Source: an uncultured Campylobacterales bacterium (lineage in GTDB: Bacteria > Campylobacterota > Campylobacteria > Campylobacterales > QNZT01). Taken from it: a DNA stretch of 64,000 nt. The translations under genes and the position numbers were made by a program. The notes under the pieces were generated by a model. That model did not search any database, was not told the origin of the DNA, and saw only the letters and a list, made by a program, of their open reading frames with translations. Shown piece after piece: positions 1 through 10,833 of this stretch; the stretch's first letter is position 1; every line of letters starts with the position of its first letter. The stretch spans positions 13,802-77,801 of the forward strand of contig CAYUEN010000004.1 of NCBI GenBank assembly GCA_964443745.1, in the 5' to 3' direction.

Positions 1-287
1 ACGCCCATACCGCGATTTTGGCACGGGCTCTGAAATCGTCCGTTTTTCGTCCTCGTTACGGGCTACTGAGGGCCGGAAACGACGTCACCTATGCGGGCAA
101 ATCGCTTCGATACAGACAGACACACCCAAGAGAGTTCGTATGCGGTATCGAAACGGGTAGAGAAGTCGTGTTGGTCGATGATATCGTGACGACGGGCACG
201 ACGATTCTGGAGGCGAAAAATAGAGTCGAAAAAGCGGGCGCACACCCCCTCTTCGCGATTACGCTGGCCGATGCCAGAGAGCTGTAA
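1..287 (+). CDS. ComF-family phosphoribosyltransferase-like protein, C-terminal fragment (5' end lies left of the window)
   Basis: Frame is open from base 3 (AHTAIL...) into track ORF 18..287. PRPP-binding loop VVLVDDIVTTGTT lies near the C-terminus, as in ComF/PRTase-like proteins. Confidence 0.6.
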   Translation, partial: AHTAILARALKSSVFRPRYGLLRAGNDVTYAGKSLRYRQTHPREFVCGIETGREVVLVDDIVTTGTTILEAKNRVEKAGAHPLFAITLADAREL

Positions 288-333
288 GCCCCTATTGGAT
301 AAAATATCTTAATTTACTGCTACAAGGTATCCA

Positions 334-2811
334 ATGGACAATCTTTTTGAGAACGAAGAGATAGAGAATATCGATATCGAGGACTCCATCAAAGAGAGTT
401 ACCTCGACTACTCCATGAGCGTAATCATCGGACGTGCCCTTCCAGACGCCAGAGACGGTCTCAAACCGGTGCATCGCCGCATTCTCTACGCGATGAACGA
501 ATTGGGTCTCAGTTCGCGTGCACCCTACAAGAAGTCGGCCAGGATCGTGGGTGACACGATCGGTAAATACCACCCCCACGGCGATACGGCCGTCTACGAC
601 GCATTGGTACGGATGGCACAGCCCTTTTCGATGCGCCATCCATTGATAGACGGGCAGGGGAACTTCGGTTCGATCGACGGCGACAATCCCGCCGCGATGA
701 GGTATACCGAAGCGCGGATGACGTCGCTTTCCGAAGAGTTGTTGCGCGATATCGACAAAGACACCGTCGATTTCGTTCCCAACTACGACGACTCGCTTTC
801 CGAACCCGATGTCCTGCCTGCGCGCGTGCCCAACCTCCTGCTCAACGGCTCCGCGGGTATCGCCGTGGGTATGGCGACCAATATTCCGCCCCATCGTCTG
901 GACGAATTGATCGATGCTCTTTTGATGCTGATCGACGAAAAAGAGGCGACTCCGGAAATGTTGATGGAGCACGTCAAAGGTCCCGATTTTCCCACCGGGG
1001 GGGTGATATTCGGTAAAAAAGGGATTCGTGACGCCTATGCGACGGGTCGTGGGCGCGTCAAGATCCGGGCGAAAACCCATATCGAAGCGAAAAAGAACAA
1101 AGAGGTGATCGTCATCGACGAACTCCCCTACCAGGTGAACAAATCCAAGCTGATCGAGACGATCGCCAATCTGGTGCGTGAAAAACATATCGAAGGCATC
1201 AGCGAGATCCGAGACGAAAGCGACAGGGAGGGAATCCGTGTCGTGATCGAACTCAAACGTGACGCGATGAGTGAAATCGTTTTGAACAACCTCTTTAAAT
1301 CGACCTCGATGGAGATGACGTTCGGTGTGATTTTGTTGGCCATCGTCAACAAAGAGCCGAAAATTTTCACCCTCAAAGAGTTGCTCGAACTCTTCCTCTC
1401 ACACAGAAAGACCGTGATCATCCGGCGTACGATTTTCGAACTGGAAAAAGCCAAAGCCAGAGCCCATATTCTCGAAGGGCTCAAAATCGCGTTGGACAAT
1501 ATCGACGAAGTGATCAAAGTGATTCGCGCTTCCAAGGACACGCCGGAAGCCAAAGCGTCACTCGTGGCGAAATTCGGACTTTCGGAGGTACAGGCGGCCG
1601 CGATTTTGGATATGAAACTCCAACGTCTGACGGGTCTGGAGCGCGACAAGATCGAAAACGAGCTCGCGCAACTGCGCCGGGAGATCGAAAGACTCAGTGC
1701 AATTCTCAAAAGCGAGGCGCTGCTGAACGATCTGATCAAGACTGAACTTGGGGAGATCAAAGAGAAGTTCGGCTCCCCCAGACGTACCGAGATCGTGGAG
1801 GATTACGACGAGATCGATATCGAGGATCTGATTCCCAACGAGCCGATGGTCGTGACGATCACCCATCGCGGATATATCAAGCGCGTACCGCTCAAACAGT
1901 ACGAAAAGCAGCATAGAGGCGGCAAAGGGAAGACGGCGTTGACGACCTATGAAGACGACTTTATCGAGAGTTTCTTCGTCTCCAACACCCATGATACGCT
2001 GATGTTCGTGACCAATTTCGGCCAACTCTACTGGCTGAAGGTCTACAAGATTCCCGAAGGAAGCAGGAGCGCGAAAGGAAAAGCGGTCGTGAACTTGATC
2101 AATCTGCAGCCGGGAGAGACGATTCGGGCGATCATCCCGACGACCGATTTTTCTGAGGAGAAGTCGCTCGTTTTCTTCACCAAAAACGGTATCGTCAAAC
2201 GCACCAACCTCAACGAATTCAAAAACATCAGAAGTGTGGGCGTGCGGGCGATCACGCTCGATGAAAACGACGAACTGGTGGAGGCGAAGATCATCTATCC
2301 GGATGATCGCTTCATCTTCATCGTCACGAAAAAGGGGATGTGTATCCGTTTCCCGATCGAGGATGTCAGAGAGATGGGCAGAAACGCAAAGGGCGTCACC
2401 GGTATCAAATTCAAGGAGCCGGGCGATTATGTCGTCGGTGCCGCGATCATCAAAGACGAACATCAGGAAATCCTGACCGTCAGCGAAAAGGGAATCGGCA
2501 AACGTACCGAAGCGGCCGAATACCGAGAACAAAAACGCGGAGGAAAGGGTGTGATCGCTATGAAACTGACACCCAAAACCAAAGATCTCGTCGGTGTTGT
2601 TTTGGTGAACGAAAAGAAAGATCTTATGGCGCTGACCTCCAGTGGCAAAATGATTCGTGTCGATATGCAAAGCATCCGAAAAGCGGGACGCAATACGAGC
2701 GGCGTGATCGTCGTGAAGGTGGGAGCTTCCGAAGTGGTCGTCAGTATCGCCAGATGCCCCAAAGAGGAAGATCCCCTCGAAAAAGGGGAAAAGGAGGAAA
2801 CAGAGGAGTGA
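334..2811 (+). CDS. gyrA: DNA gyrase subunit A
   Basis: 825-aa ORF with [24 protein letters not shown] and the [10 protein letters not shown] catalytic-Tyr region. C-terminal repeated beta-pinwheel-like segments and an acidic tail ([10 protein letters not shown]). Confidence 0.97.
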   Translation: MDNLFENEEIENIDIEDSIKESYLDYSMSVIIGRALPDARDGLKPVHRRILYAMNELGLSSRAPYKKSARIVGDTIGKYHPHGDTAVYDALVRMAQPFSMRHPLIDGQGNFGSIDGDNPAAMRYTEARMTSLSEELLRDIDKDTVDFVPNYDDSLSEPDVLPARVPNLLLNGSAGIAVGMATNIPPHRLDELIDALLMLIDEKEATPEMLMEHVKGPDFPTGGVIFGKKGIRDAYATGRGRVKIRAKTHIEAKKNKEVIVIDELPYQVNKSKLIETIANLVREKHIEGISEIRDESDREGIRVVIELKRDAMSEIVLNNLFKSTSMEMTFGVILLAIVNKEPKIFTLKELLELFLSHRKTVIIRRTIFELEKAKARAHILEGLKIALDNIDEVIKVIRASKDTPEAKASLVAKFGLSEVQAAAILDMKLQRLTGLERDKIENELAQLRREIERLSAILKSEALLNDLIKTELGEIKEKFGSPRRTEIVEDYDEIDIEDLIPNEPMVVTITHRGYIKRVPLKQYEKQHRGGKGKTALTTYEDDFIESFFVSNTHDTLMFVTNFGQLYWLKVYKIPEGSRSAKGKAVVNLINLQPGETIRAIIPTTDFSEEKSLVFFTKNGIVKRTNLNEFKNIRSVGVRAITLDENDELVEAKIIYPDDRFIFIVTKKGMCIRFPIEDVREMGRNAKGVTGIKFKEPGDYVVGAAIIKDEHQEILTVSEKGIGKRTEAAEYREQKRGGKGVIAMKLTPKTKDLVGVVLVNEKKDLMALTSSGKMIRVDMQSIRKAGRNTSGVIVVKVGASEVVVSIARCPKEEDPLEKGEKEETEE

Positions 2812-2832
2812 TCCGCTTTCGATGATCGACGA

Positions 2833-3249
2833 TCAGGGAGATGCGAGAGGCAATCCCTCTTTTTTCCACTCCCGGATACCGCCTTCGAGATTGTAGGGAT
2901 GGTATCCCTCATCCGCGAGCACTCTCGAAGCGGTGACGCTTCGATGACCGCTTCTGCAATAGACGATCACTTTTTTTCTTCTCGAGGGGGTGAGTTCGTT
3001 CACTCTTTTCTTGAGTTCGTGCAAGGGGATGAGCTTCGCTCCTTCGATATATCCATCTTCTTTCTGTTCTTGCTGTGTACGTACATCCAGTAGTGTGACG
3101 TTGTGATCGTGCGATAACATTTCATAAGCGGCACGTGGTGTGAGATTTTCGAAGTCGGCGAAGATGTACCCTTTGTGATAGAGGTAGTAAAAGAGTGCAC
3201 CGGCGATCAAAATCCAATAGAGATGGCTCGTCAACTTTTTTATCGTCAT
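2833..3249 (-). CDS. Membrane-anchored rhodanese-domain sulfurtransferase
   Basis: Active-site loop CRSGHRS, one N-terminal TM helix (LYWILIAGALFYYLY). Start moved to ATG 3249 (MTIKKL), preceded by AGGAAAATT; the track ORF extends to 3300. Confidence 0.75.
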   Translation of the reverse strand: MTIKKLTSHLYWILIAGALFYYLYHKGYIFADFENLTPRAAYEMLSHDHNVTLLDVRTQQEQKEDGYIEGAKLIPLHELKKRVNELTPSRRKKVIVYCRSGHRSVTASRVLADEGYHPYNLEGGIREWKKEGLPLASP

Positions 3250-3342
3250 AATTTTCCTTTCGTCGGATTCACTCCACCCAAGACCAAGGACCATATCCAC
3301 CCCCTTGGTTGGATATGTCCCGCTTGTGCATCGTTTCTCTCC

Positions 3343-4923
3343 TTAGTGGTAAATGAGACGTAGTATACCAAGAGCGAAAAGAATCGATGCGAAAAGTTGT
3401 AGATCATGATTTAACAAGAGAGTGAAAATGGCTCCGAGTATCAAAACGACTCCCGATACGATCGGTTTGAGATAGTTTTGCAACTCCTTGGAAAGCCACT
3501 CCAGTTGAGGCGTGGAAAGCTGGACGCTCAACTCTCCCTCGCTTGCGAGCTTGAAGGTATTTTTGATCTCCCTGATCGTGAAAGGGACCGATTTGAATTC
3601 GTCGATCAGCGTTTCGACGATCGACTCCTGCGCACCCAGCGCACGGGGGATGTTTTTTTGTAAAATAGGCAAAATATCCTTGATACCGTTGAAATTTTCG
3701 ATATAGGTGGTGCCCAACCCCTCGATGATCGCACTGACTCTCAAGACGTAGATTGCTTCCTGCGGTAGCTTGAATGGAAAATTGCGCGTGGTGGCGAGGA
3801 CTTCGAAGGCGAGATTTTGCATACTCATCGCATCCAGCGATTCGTTGGAGAAGATATCGAACATCCGTTCGGTAAATTCGGCCAGTTCCGCTTTGGGCGC
3901 TTCGTAGGCGATCGTACCGAGCTTCTTGTTGGCGGCGACGTAGAGTTCGTAATCCCGCTCGTGGGCGGCTTTGATCAGCTCGATGATCGCAATGCGGGTT
4001 TGGTTGGGAATCCGTTTGACCATGCCAAAATCGAGCAAAATCAACTCGCCTCCCGGATCGACCAGTAGATTGCCCGGATGAGGGTCCGCGTGGAAATAGC
4101 CGCGTATGAGCATCTGTTCGGTATAGAAATAGACCAACTTCTCGATGAGCGGGCGAAAATCGATATTCGCATTTTCGAGCGCTTTCTTGTCGTCGAATCG
4201 AAATCCCTCTTCGAAACTCATCACCAGCGCGTCGTCGCTGCAGAGGTCTTCGAACGGGACGGGAAACTTTATCCCGCTGTCGTGGTAGACTTCGGAAAAT
4301 TTCTTGAGGTTTTCGAGCTCCTGGCGCATACTCACCTCTTGCATAATCATCGAAGAAAACTCCGCTATCACCGCTTCGATGGAGTTTTTGGTGTAGAAGG
4401 AAAAAAGCGGTTTGAAGAGAGAGTTGAAAAAATTGAGAATGGCGATATCGGCCCGTACCTGTTCGAGGATACCCAGGCGCCTGAGTTTGACCGCTACTTT
4501 GCCGCCCTCTTTCAGCCAGGCGACATGCACCTGCCCGATCGAAGCGGCGGCGATGGGGTGGGATTCGAACTTTGAAAAGGGATCTTTGCGATCAAACGCC
4601 TTTTCGTAGACCTCTTCGAACGACGGGGGATCCATAGGAGGGAGTTCGTCATGTAAGGATTTGAGCTCCGAAAGGTATGCCGGCGTGAAAAAGTCGGCCC
4701 GGGTCGCCAGTACCTGGGCGAGCTTGATGAAGCTGGCGCCGAGTTTTACGATCGCCTCTTTAAGCGCGACAGGAGAAAGGGGAGGGATTAGCATGAAGCG
4801 CTCTTTTCGCTTGATGACCAGAAAGAGGGTGAGCAGAAATCGGAAAACCAGCCAGATTCGCAACGGAGAGTAGAGTTGGAAAGTGCGTTTCATAACGACA
4901 TTGTATCCAAATTTTGACGACAA
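3343..4923 (-). CDS. ABC1/UbiB-family atypical kinase with C-terminal TM helices
   Basis: ABC1-type motifs: AAASIGQVH, KVAVKLRRLG, HADPHPGNLLVD, ILLDFGMV. Start uncertain: TTG 4923 or ATG 4893 (MKRTF). Confidence 0.8.
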   Translation of the reverse strand: MSSKFGYNVVMKRTFQLYSPLRIWLVFRFLLTLFLVIKRKERFMLIPPLSPVALKEAIVKLGASFIKLAQVLATRADFFTPAYLSELKSLHDELPPMDPPSFEEVYEKAFDRKDPFSKFESHPIAAASIGQVHVAWLKEGGKVAVKLRRLGILEQVRADIAILNFFNSLFKPLFSFYTKNSIEAVIAEFSSMIMQEVSMRQELENLKKFSEVYHDSGIKFPVPFEDLCSDDALVMSFEEGFRFDDKKALENANIDFRPLIEKLVYFYTEQMLIRGYFHADPHPGNLLVDPGGELILLDFGMVKRIPNQTRIAIIELIKAAHERDYELYVAANKKLGTIAYEAPKAELAEFTERMFDIFSNESLDAMSMQNLAFEVLATTRNFPFKLPQEAIYVLRVSAIIEGLGTTYIENFNGIKDILPILQKNIPRALGAQESIVETLIDEFKSVPFTIREIKNTFKLASEGELSVQLSTPQLEWLSKELQNYLKPIVSGVVLILGAIFTLLLNHDLQLFASILFALGILRLIYH

Positions 4924-5013
4924 ATTGTCTCTTCGTTTTTCCTTGGGAGATTTTTCATAAGCGGCTCTTATCCCAAATAGTATAGAATACGGAAAATATC
5001 CAAAGGATAGAAG

Positions 5014-5931
5014 ATGTTCCGATCCCTCTTAAAACTTCTCCTGCTGTTGACGATGTTCGCCGCGACCGACGGGTTCGGTGCGCAACCGGATATCTCCACA
5101 CTCTACGAGACGCGACTCGCTCCCGCCTACGAAAAACTCGCTCCTTTAAAGGACGAGGCCGCCAAACGCAAGAAGTATTACATCTTTTTGGCGCTCGCGG
5201 CGCTCGTTCTCTTTGTATTGGCGGTGAAATTTCTCCAGTTGCGCGGTGCGATCGCCGTGATCCTTATCGTCGCGGCGGCCATCACGTATCTAAAAAAGAG
5301 CGAACCCCTCGTTTCGCGCTATCAGGAGAAATTCAAAGAGGAGATCCTCACTCCGATCGCCGAAAGCGTCGGCGGATATCGCTTCACCAAGGGGACGATG
5401 AGCCCGGAAGATTTGAAACGAAGCCGTTTCTTCGGCCCCTCCGTGGAGGTTTTTCGGGCTAGCGATCTCTATACGGGCGATGGGGTGCGGTTTGGATATC
5501 TGCATATCGACTTCAACACCAAGGAGAACGAGGCGGCCGAACGGTTCGACGACAATGTCTTCGACGGAATCATGATCGAAATCGACCGCCCCAACACGCA
5601 GCGGGGGGTGATGATAGGCAGGAAACTCGCGGATGCCGTCGCTTTGCAGAATCTTTCGATGCGGGAGTTTTTCGCCGATATGAAACGTGCCGGAGAAAAA
5701 GGGGGGTATTCGCTTTTCGGGGAAGTGGACGAGAAAGCGCTCGAGAAGATGGAAGCGTTTTCCGATATGCCGGTGGGGGTTTCGTTTCAGAAAGACAAAA
5801 CCTACATCCTGCTCTATACGGGAGGCGATCCGCTGGCGGCGGATCCTCTGGAGAATTTCGATCTGAAGAAGGCGCGTCGCTATGCCGAAACCTTTCGGAG
5901 CGTACAACGTCTGATCGAAACGTTCCGATGA
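5014..5931 (+). CDS. Hypothetical membrane protein (signal peptide, two TM helices, C-terminal soluble domain; DUF3137-like layout)
   Basis: 305-aa ORF with normal codon usage, N-terminal hydrophobic leader and two TM helices (YYIFLALAALVLFVLAV, AIAVILIVAAAITYL). The family call is from memory of the architecture only. Confidence 0.45.
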   Translation: MFRSLLKLLLLLTMFAATDGFGAQPDISTLYETRLAPAYEKLAPLKDEAAKRKKYYIFLALAALVLFVLAVKFLQLRGAIAVILIVAAAITYLKKSEPLVSRYQEKFKEEILTPIAESVGGYRFTKGTMSPEDLKRSRFFGPSVEVFRASDLYTGDGVRFGYLHIDFNTKENEAAERFDDNVFDGIMIEIDRPNTQRGVMIGRKLADAVALQNLSMREFFADMKRAGEKGGYSLFGEVDEKALEKMEAFSDMPVGVSFQKDKTYILLYTGGDPLAADPLENFDLKKARRYAETFRSVQRLIETFR

Positions 5932-6046
5932 GCGTTTATAAGATCGTCTCTTGCATCGAATATCCGGAAGTGCCGGGCTTGCGTCCTATGCACTGCTTTT
6001 AATGATCTTCTGCTAAAATATCCCTTATTTCAACCCAAGGCAGCGT

Positions 6047-7405
6047 ATGAAGATCGCCATCGTAGAAGACGATATCAATATGAGAAAATCGCTCGAGATC
6101 GCTCTGAAAGAGTATCCCGAGTTTAAAATCGTCGCCTTCAAGAGCGCGACCGACGCCCTCAAAAAGCTGGATGAAAGCTTCGATGTGATCGTCACCGATA
6201 TCACGATGCCCAAAATGGACGGAATCGAGTTCATCCGACGACTTCCTTTCAAAAGCAATATCATCATTATGACCGGCAACGCCACCCTCTCCAGAGCGGT
6301 GGATGCGATGCGGCTGGGTGTGAAGGATTTTCTGACCAAACCTTTCGAGATCGAAACGCTGGTGACCGCGATCAGACGTACGGCGGAGGTCTCCCGCATC
6401 GAAAGCGAACACGAAAAGCGCTCTCTTATCAAGGATAGAAGAGTCGGCAAGCCCGATACGCGCGAAGTGAAAATAGAGCGCCGAAAAAAAGGAAGTGATC
6501 GCAGAAAGAAGTTTTTCGGCCACTCGCCCGCACTGGAGAGGATCCTGGCTCTGTTGAAAAAGGCGGCGACGACCGACGCTACCGTTATGTTGTTGGGTGA
6601 AAGCGGTGTGGGCAAAGAGCTTTTCGCAAGATTTCTGCACGAACACTCCGACCGTTACGCCGCACCTTTCGTGCCGATCAACATGGCCGCTATACCTGAA
6701 AATCTGCTCGAGAGCGAACTCTTCGGGTATGAAAAGGGCGCGTTCACCGACGCGACGGCGGCGAAAAAGGGGCTTTTCGAGATCGCCAACAGAGGAACCC
6801 TCTTTCTGGATGAGATCGGAGAGATGCCCATGAGTCTGCAGGCGAAACTTCTGCGGGTTTTACAGGAGCGTGAAATCGTCAGGGTCGGAGGTACCAAGCC
6901 GATCAAAATCGACGTTCGGATCGTCTCCGCGACCAATGCGGACATTCTCGAAAAGATCGCCGACAAAGCGTTTCGGGAAGATCTCTACTACCGCCTCAAT
7001 ACGATTCCTGTCAAAATCCCTCCGCTTAGGGAGCGAAAGGAGGAGATCGTAGATATCGCCTCCGAATATCTCTATCGGGTATGTAGAAAATACGAGATTT
7101 CCTACAAACGGCTCAGTGACGAGGCCCAAAACGCGCTGCTCTCCTACGACTGGCCCGGAAATATTCGCGAACTCCTCTCGGTGGTGGAGCGTGCCGCGAT
7201 TTTGAGTGAAGGGGAGACAATTACGGCGGAAGATCTCTTTTTGGAGAGCCGCCGCCCTCAAAAGAGTATCGCGTCGATGGAGAAGGAGTTGATCGAAGAG
7301 ATACTCGCGGAGACGGCGTACGATCTGACCGAAGCGGCGAAGATGCTAGGTATGAGCAAAGCCAATCTCGAAAAAAAAATCAAAAAATATCGAATTGAGG
7401 TGTAA
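6047..7405 (+). CDS. Sigma-54-dependent response regulator (receiver + AAA+ + Fis-type HTH), NtrC/FlgR-like, no adjacent kinase
   Basis: Receiver (VTDITMPKMDG), Walker A GESGVGKE, ESELFGYEKGAFTDA (GAFTGA variant), RVGGTKPIKIDVRIVSATN, C-terminal HTH LTEAAKMLGMSKANLEKKIKKY. Confidence 0.9.
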   Translation: MKIAIVEDDINMRKSLEIALKEYPEFKIVAFKSATDALKKLDESFDVIVTDITMPKMDGIEFIRRLPFKSNIIIMTGNATLSRAVDAMRLGVKDFLTKPFEIETLVTAIRRTAEVSRIESEHEKRSLIKDRRVGKPDTREVKIERRKKGSDRRKKFFGHSPALERILALLKKAATTDATVMLLGESGVGKELFARFLHEHSDRYAAPFVPINMAAIPENLLESELFGYEKGAFTDATAAKKGLFEIANRGTLFLDEIGEMPMSLQAKLLRVLQEREIVRVGGTKPIKIDVRIVSATNADILEKIADKAFREDLYYRLNTIPVKIPPLRERKEEIVDIASEYLYRVCRKYEISYKRLSDEAQNALLSYDWPGNIRELLSVVERAAILSEGETITAEDLFLESRRPQKSIASMEKELIEEILAETAYDLTEAAKMLGMSKANLEKKIKKYRIEV

Positions 7406-7407
7406 GA

Positions 7408-8439
7408 ATGAGAAGATTCAATGTCGCCGTCGTGGGTGCCACGGGAGCGGTGGGTGAAGAGTTCTATCGGCTTTTCGAAGAGTACGATTTTCCGATCGCG
7501 AAATTGGTTCCGCTGGCGAGTAGTCGCAGTGTCGGCAAGTCGATCGAGTTTCGCGGTGAACAGATCGATGTCAAGGAGTTGACCGCAACGGTTTTCGAGG
7601 AGGAGGATATCCAGATCGCTTTCTTCAGTGCCGGTGGAAGCGTATCCGAAAAATTCGCCGAATACGCCGTCGAAGCGGGAGCGGTGGTAATCGACAATAC
7701 GAGTTTTTTCCGGATGGATCCCGATGTTCCGTTGGTCGTTCCCGAAGTCAATCCGCAGGATATTCGTCTTTGGAGAGAGCGCGGTATCATCGCCAACCCC
7801 AACTGCTCCACGATCCAGATGGTGCAGGCGCTCAAAGCGTTGGACGATCTCTACGGGATCGAACGTGTCGACGTGAGTACCTATCAGGCCGTCAGCGGCG
7901 CGGGAAAGGCCGGTATGGAGGAGCTTGTCAGGCAGATGCAGGATTTTTTCGCGTTTCGGCTGGACGAAAGCGCACACGAAGCCTTCCCCCATCAGATCGC
8001 GCTCAATGTCATTCCGCAGGTGGATGTGGCGATGCCCAACGGATTTACCAAAGAGGAGATGAAGATGGTCAACGAGACCCGCAAAATTCTCCACAAAGAT
8101 ATCGAAGTCGCGGCCACATGTGTGCGGGTTCCGGTGTTGCGAAGCCACAGCGAATCGATCACCGTCACTTTCGCCCCCGATATCTACGTCGATTTGGATG
8201 AGGTGCGGCGCGCGTTCAGGGAGTTCGAACATCTAAATGTCATCGACAATCTCGAAAAAGGCGAATATCCGATGCCCACCATCGCGACCGATACCGACTT
8301 GACGTATGTGGGGCGTATCCGCAAGGATCTTTTTCGCGACAATATCCTCCACTTCTGGAACGTCGCCGATCAGGTGCGCGTAGGCGCGGCGACCAATGCG
8401 TTGCGCATCGCGCAAAAATGGATAGAGTTGGAGGAGTAG
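7408..8439 (+). CDS. asd: Aspartate-semialdehyde dehydrogenase
   Basis: VAVVGATGAVG Rossmann start, active-site IANPNCSTI, and RVPVLRSHSES. Confidence 0.93.
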   Translation: MRRFNVAVVGATGAVGEEFYRLFEEYDFPIAKLVPLASSRSVGKSIEFRGEQIDVKELTATVFEEEDIQIAFFSAGGSVSEKFAEYAVEAGAVVIDNTSFFRMDPDVPLVVPEVNPQDIRLWRERGIIANPNCSTIQMVQALKALDDLYGIERVDVSTYQAVSGAGKAGMEELVRQMQDFFAFRLDESAHEAFPHQIALNVIPQVDVAMPNGFTKEEMKMVNETRKILHKDIEVAATCVRVPVLRSHSESITVTFAPDIYVDLDEVRRAFREFEHLNVIDNLEKGEYPMPTIATDTDLTYVGRIRKDLFRDNILHFWNVADQVRVGAATNALRIAQKWIELEE

Positions 8440-8441
8440 CG

Positions 8442-8957
8442 ATGCAACTTTTGGAAAAGATATTCGAAAATTTTCTCTGGAACGGTCGGCTTTTCATTCT
8501 GCTGGCCGTTATTTTCGGAATGGCCGGTGCGGTGATTCTCTTTGTCGTGGCGAGTGTCGATATCTACGAAATCGCACTCAAGACCGCCGATGTCTATCTG
8601 AGCCACCACCATCCGGAGGGGTTTCATGAGATGGTGGTCAGCGCGATCATCGGAGCGGTCGACCTCTATCTGATCGCGGTGGTGATGCTGATCTTCAGTT
8701 TCGGCCTCTACGAACTCTTCATCTCCGAGATCGATCCGGCCAAACACTCCGGAGCTTCTCAGATACTCGAGATTCACTCTCTGGACCAGCTCAAGGACAA
8801 ACTGGCCAAAGTGATCGTGATGGTTCTGGTCGTCAGTTTTTTCAAAAGGGTGCTCCATACCGAATACAACGGCGCGCTCGAAATGCTCTATTTTGCCGGT
8901 TCGATTCTCGCTCTGGCGGTGGGGCTCTACTATTTGCACAAAGAAGGAGACCACTAA
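8442..8957 (+). CDS. YqhA-family (UPF0114) inner-membrane protein
   Basis: Starts MQLLEKIFENFLWNGRLFILLAVIFG, four hydrophobic helices. ATG 8442 follows GGAGGAG; the track ORF starts at 8418 inside asd. Confidence 0.6.
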   Translation: MQLLEKIFENFLWNGRLFILLAVIFGMAGAVILFVVASVDIYEIALKTADVYLSHHHPEGFHEMVVSAIIGAVDLYLIAVVMLIFSFGLYELFISEIDPAKHSGASQILEIHSLDQLKDKLAKVIVMVLVVSFFKRVLHTEYNGALEMLYFAGSILALAVGLYYLHKEGDH

Positions 8958-9986
8958 ATGATATTCGTGGATGCATGTTTTGGAAAGAAGACCCCCTATA
9001 CGCCGGTTTGGATGATGCGCCAGGCGGGCCGCTATCTGCCCGAATATATGGAAGTACGTGAGAAAGCGGGAAATTTTCTCAATCTCTGTCACAATCCCGA
9101 AATGGCGGCGGAGGTGACGCTGCAACCGGTCGATATCGTGGGTGTCGACGCGGCTATTTTGTTCAGCGACATTCTTGTCGTTCCCAACGAAATGGGAATG
9201 CATCTGGATTTCGTCAAAGGCGAAGGGCCGGTCTTTTCGGATCCGGTTCGCGACGAGGCTTCGATCGAAGCGCTTCTTGGCGGCGAGGAGGCCGCCGCGA
9301 GACTCACCTATGTCTACGAAACGATCAAGCTGGTGCGTGAAAAACTTGCGGACGAAAAGGCGCTGATCGGCTTTACCGGTGCGCCGTGGACATTGGCGAC
9401 GTATATGGTGGAGGGGCAGGGAACGAAAACCTACAATATCGTCAAAAAGATGCTTTATACGCAGCCAGATCTGATGCATACGCTGATGGCGAAAGTGACC
9501 GAAGTGGTCAAACACTACCTCGAAAAGCAGATCGAAGCGGGGGTGGATGTCGTGCAGATTTTCGACAGCTGGGCGGCCGCGATCGAAAAATCGAAATATC
9601 TGGAGTTCAGTTGGTACTACATCAAGGAGATTTGCAGCTATATCAAAAAAAGACATCCCCATATACCGATCATCGTCTTTCCCAAAGGGATCCCTGGCTA
9701 TCTGGACGATCTGGACGGTGAATTCGACGTTTTCGGTGTCGACTGGAGTACGCCGATGGCGTTGGCGAAAGAGAAGCTGGGTGATCGTTACGTATTGCAG
9801 GGGAATATGGAGCCGTGTCGACTCTATTCGAAAGATGCGACCTACGAGTGCGTCACCTCCATCGCCGAGACGATGAGAGAGGGGCGCCACATTTTCAATC
9901 TCGGTCATGGAATATTGCCGGACGTACCGGTAGAAAACGCCAAATACTTCGTTTCGCTCTGCAAAGAGGTTTCAAAAAGAGGATAG
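8958..9986 (+). CDS. hemE: Uroporphyrinogen decarboxylase
   Basis: [25 protein letters not shown] and [16 protein letters not shown] signatures. ATG directly follows the yqhA-like stop. Confidence 0.95.
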   Translation: MIFVDACFGKKTPYTPVWMMRQAGRYLPEYMEVREKAGNFLNLCHNPEMAAEVTLQPVDIVGVDAAILFSDILVVPNEMGMHLDFVKGEGPVFSDPVRDEASIEALLGGEEAAARLTYVYETIKLVREKLADEKALIGFTGAPWTLATYMVEGQGTKTYNIVKKMLYTQPDLMHTLMAKVTEVVKHYLEKQIEAGVDVVQIFDSWAAAIEKSKYLEFSWYYIKEICSYIKKRHPHIPIIVFPKGIPGYLDDLDGEFDVFGVDWSTPMALAKEKLGDRYVLQGNMEPCRLYSKDATYECVTSIAETMREGRHIFNLGHGILPDVPVENAKYFVSLCKEVSKRG

Positions 9987-10003
9987 GAGCCGGTTTCGCT
10001 CCT
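9985..10003 (+). terminator. Candidate intrinsic terminator after hemE
   Basis: AGGAGC-cggtttc-GCTCCT hairpin overlapping the hemE stop, followed by CTTT. The T-tract is weak. Confidence 0.4.
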
Positions 10004-10155
10004 CTTTAGGGATGAAATGGTCGCACCCTTTTGGGTGTGGCGCCAAAATCCGACTCAAATCGCAATCGGCTTATTTATGGATCGGACCGTTTTCATACGC
10101 CAAAAGCGCCACTTCGCTATAATCCTACCAGATCACAAGAAAGCGAAAAATATCC

Positions 10156-10833
10156 ATGCTCCAACTCAAAAAGATAGACCCTTTCGAGAATCTCGGCGAA
10201 ACGCTTATCGAAGAGATCAATCGTCTGGGCGTCATTCGCCGCTATCCGAAAAATATGCCGGCTATGAACAGCGACGAGACTCTCGAACACTTCTATATCA
10301 TCCTCGCCGGACGCATCAAAGTCTATCGGTTCAATCCCGTAAAAAATCGTGAGCAAACGCTCTATCTTCTAGGACATGGCGACATGTTCGACGTATTGAC
10401 CGTGCTCGATCGGCGTGTGCATGAGGTGATGACGACAGCGCTTGAGGATTCGGAAGTGCTGCAGCTTCCGATCGAAAAGATACGCGAGTGGATCGATACC
10501 AATCCGGCGTTCAATCGCGCGTTTTTTCCCTATATGGCAAAACAGATGCGCCAGATCGAGGAGCTTGCGACCGATCTTTCGCTCTATGATACCTCTACGA
10601 GACTGATGAAGCTGATATTGAAAAACCTCGATACCAAAAATCCGCTCTCTCATCCGGGACTTTTGCATAAACTTTCGCATGATGAACTCGCTTCCATGAT
10701 CGGCACCGTACGTCATGTCGTCAACCGCCATCTTCAGCAGTTGAAAAAAGAGGGTATTCTCGATATCGAACGAAAGAAACTGGCCGTAAACAGTGTCGAA
10801 AAATTGTTACAAAAGGTTGAAAGTGAATATTGA
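10156..10833 (+). CDS. Crp/Fnr-family transcriptional regulator
   Basis: N-terminal cNMP-binding-like barrel (FYIILAGRIKVY, LLGHGDMFD) and C-terminal HTH (SHDELASMIGTVRHVVNRHLQQLKKEG). Confidence 0.85.
   Translation: MLQLKKIDPFENLGETLIEEINRLGVIRRYPKNMPAMNSDETLEHFYIILAGRIKVYRFNPVKNREQTLYLLGHGDMFDVLTVLDRRVHEVMTTALEDSEVLQLPIEKIREWIDTNPAFNRAFFPYMAKQMRQIEELATDLSLYDTSTRLMKLILKNLDTKNPLSHPGLLHKLSHDELASMIGTVRHVVNRHLQQLKKEGILDIERKKLAVNSVEKLLQKVESEY

Noticed and set aside
19-35. TGGCAC, a possible sigma-54 -24 element (searched for because an NtrC-type activator is present)
   Set aside because: It is inside the comF-like coding region and has no TTGC at the -12 spacing. I found no convincing TGGCAC-N5-TTGC in the intergenic regions by eye. 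A computational scan is still needed.
8370-9908. 512-aa minus-strand ORF
   Set aside because: It lies antisense to hemE and the yqhA-like gene, both with strong family signatures, and has a low-complexity R/H/D-rich product.
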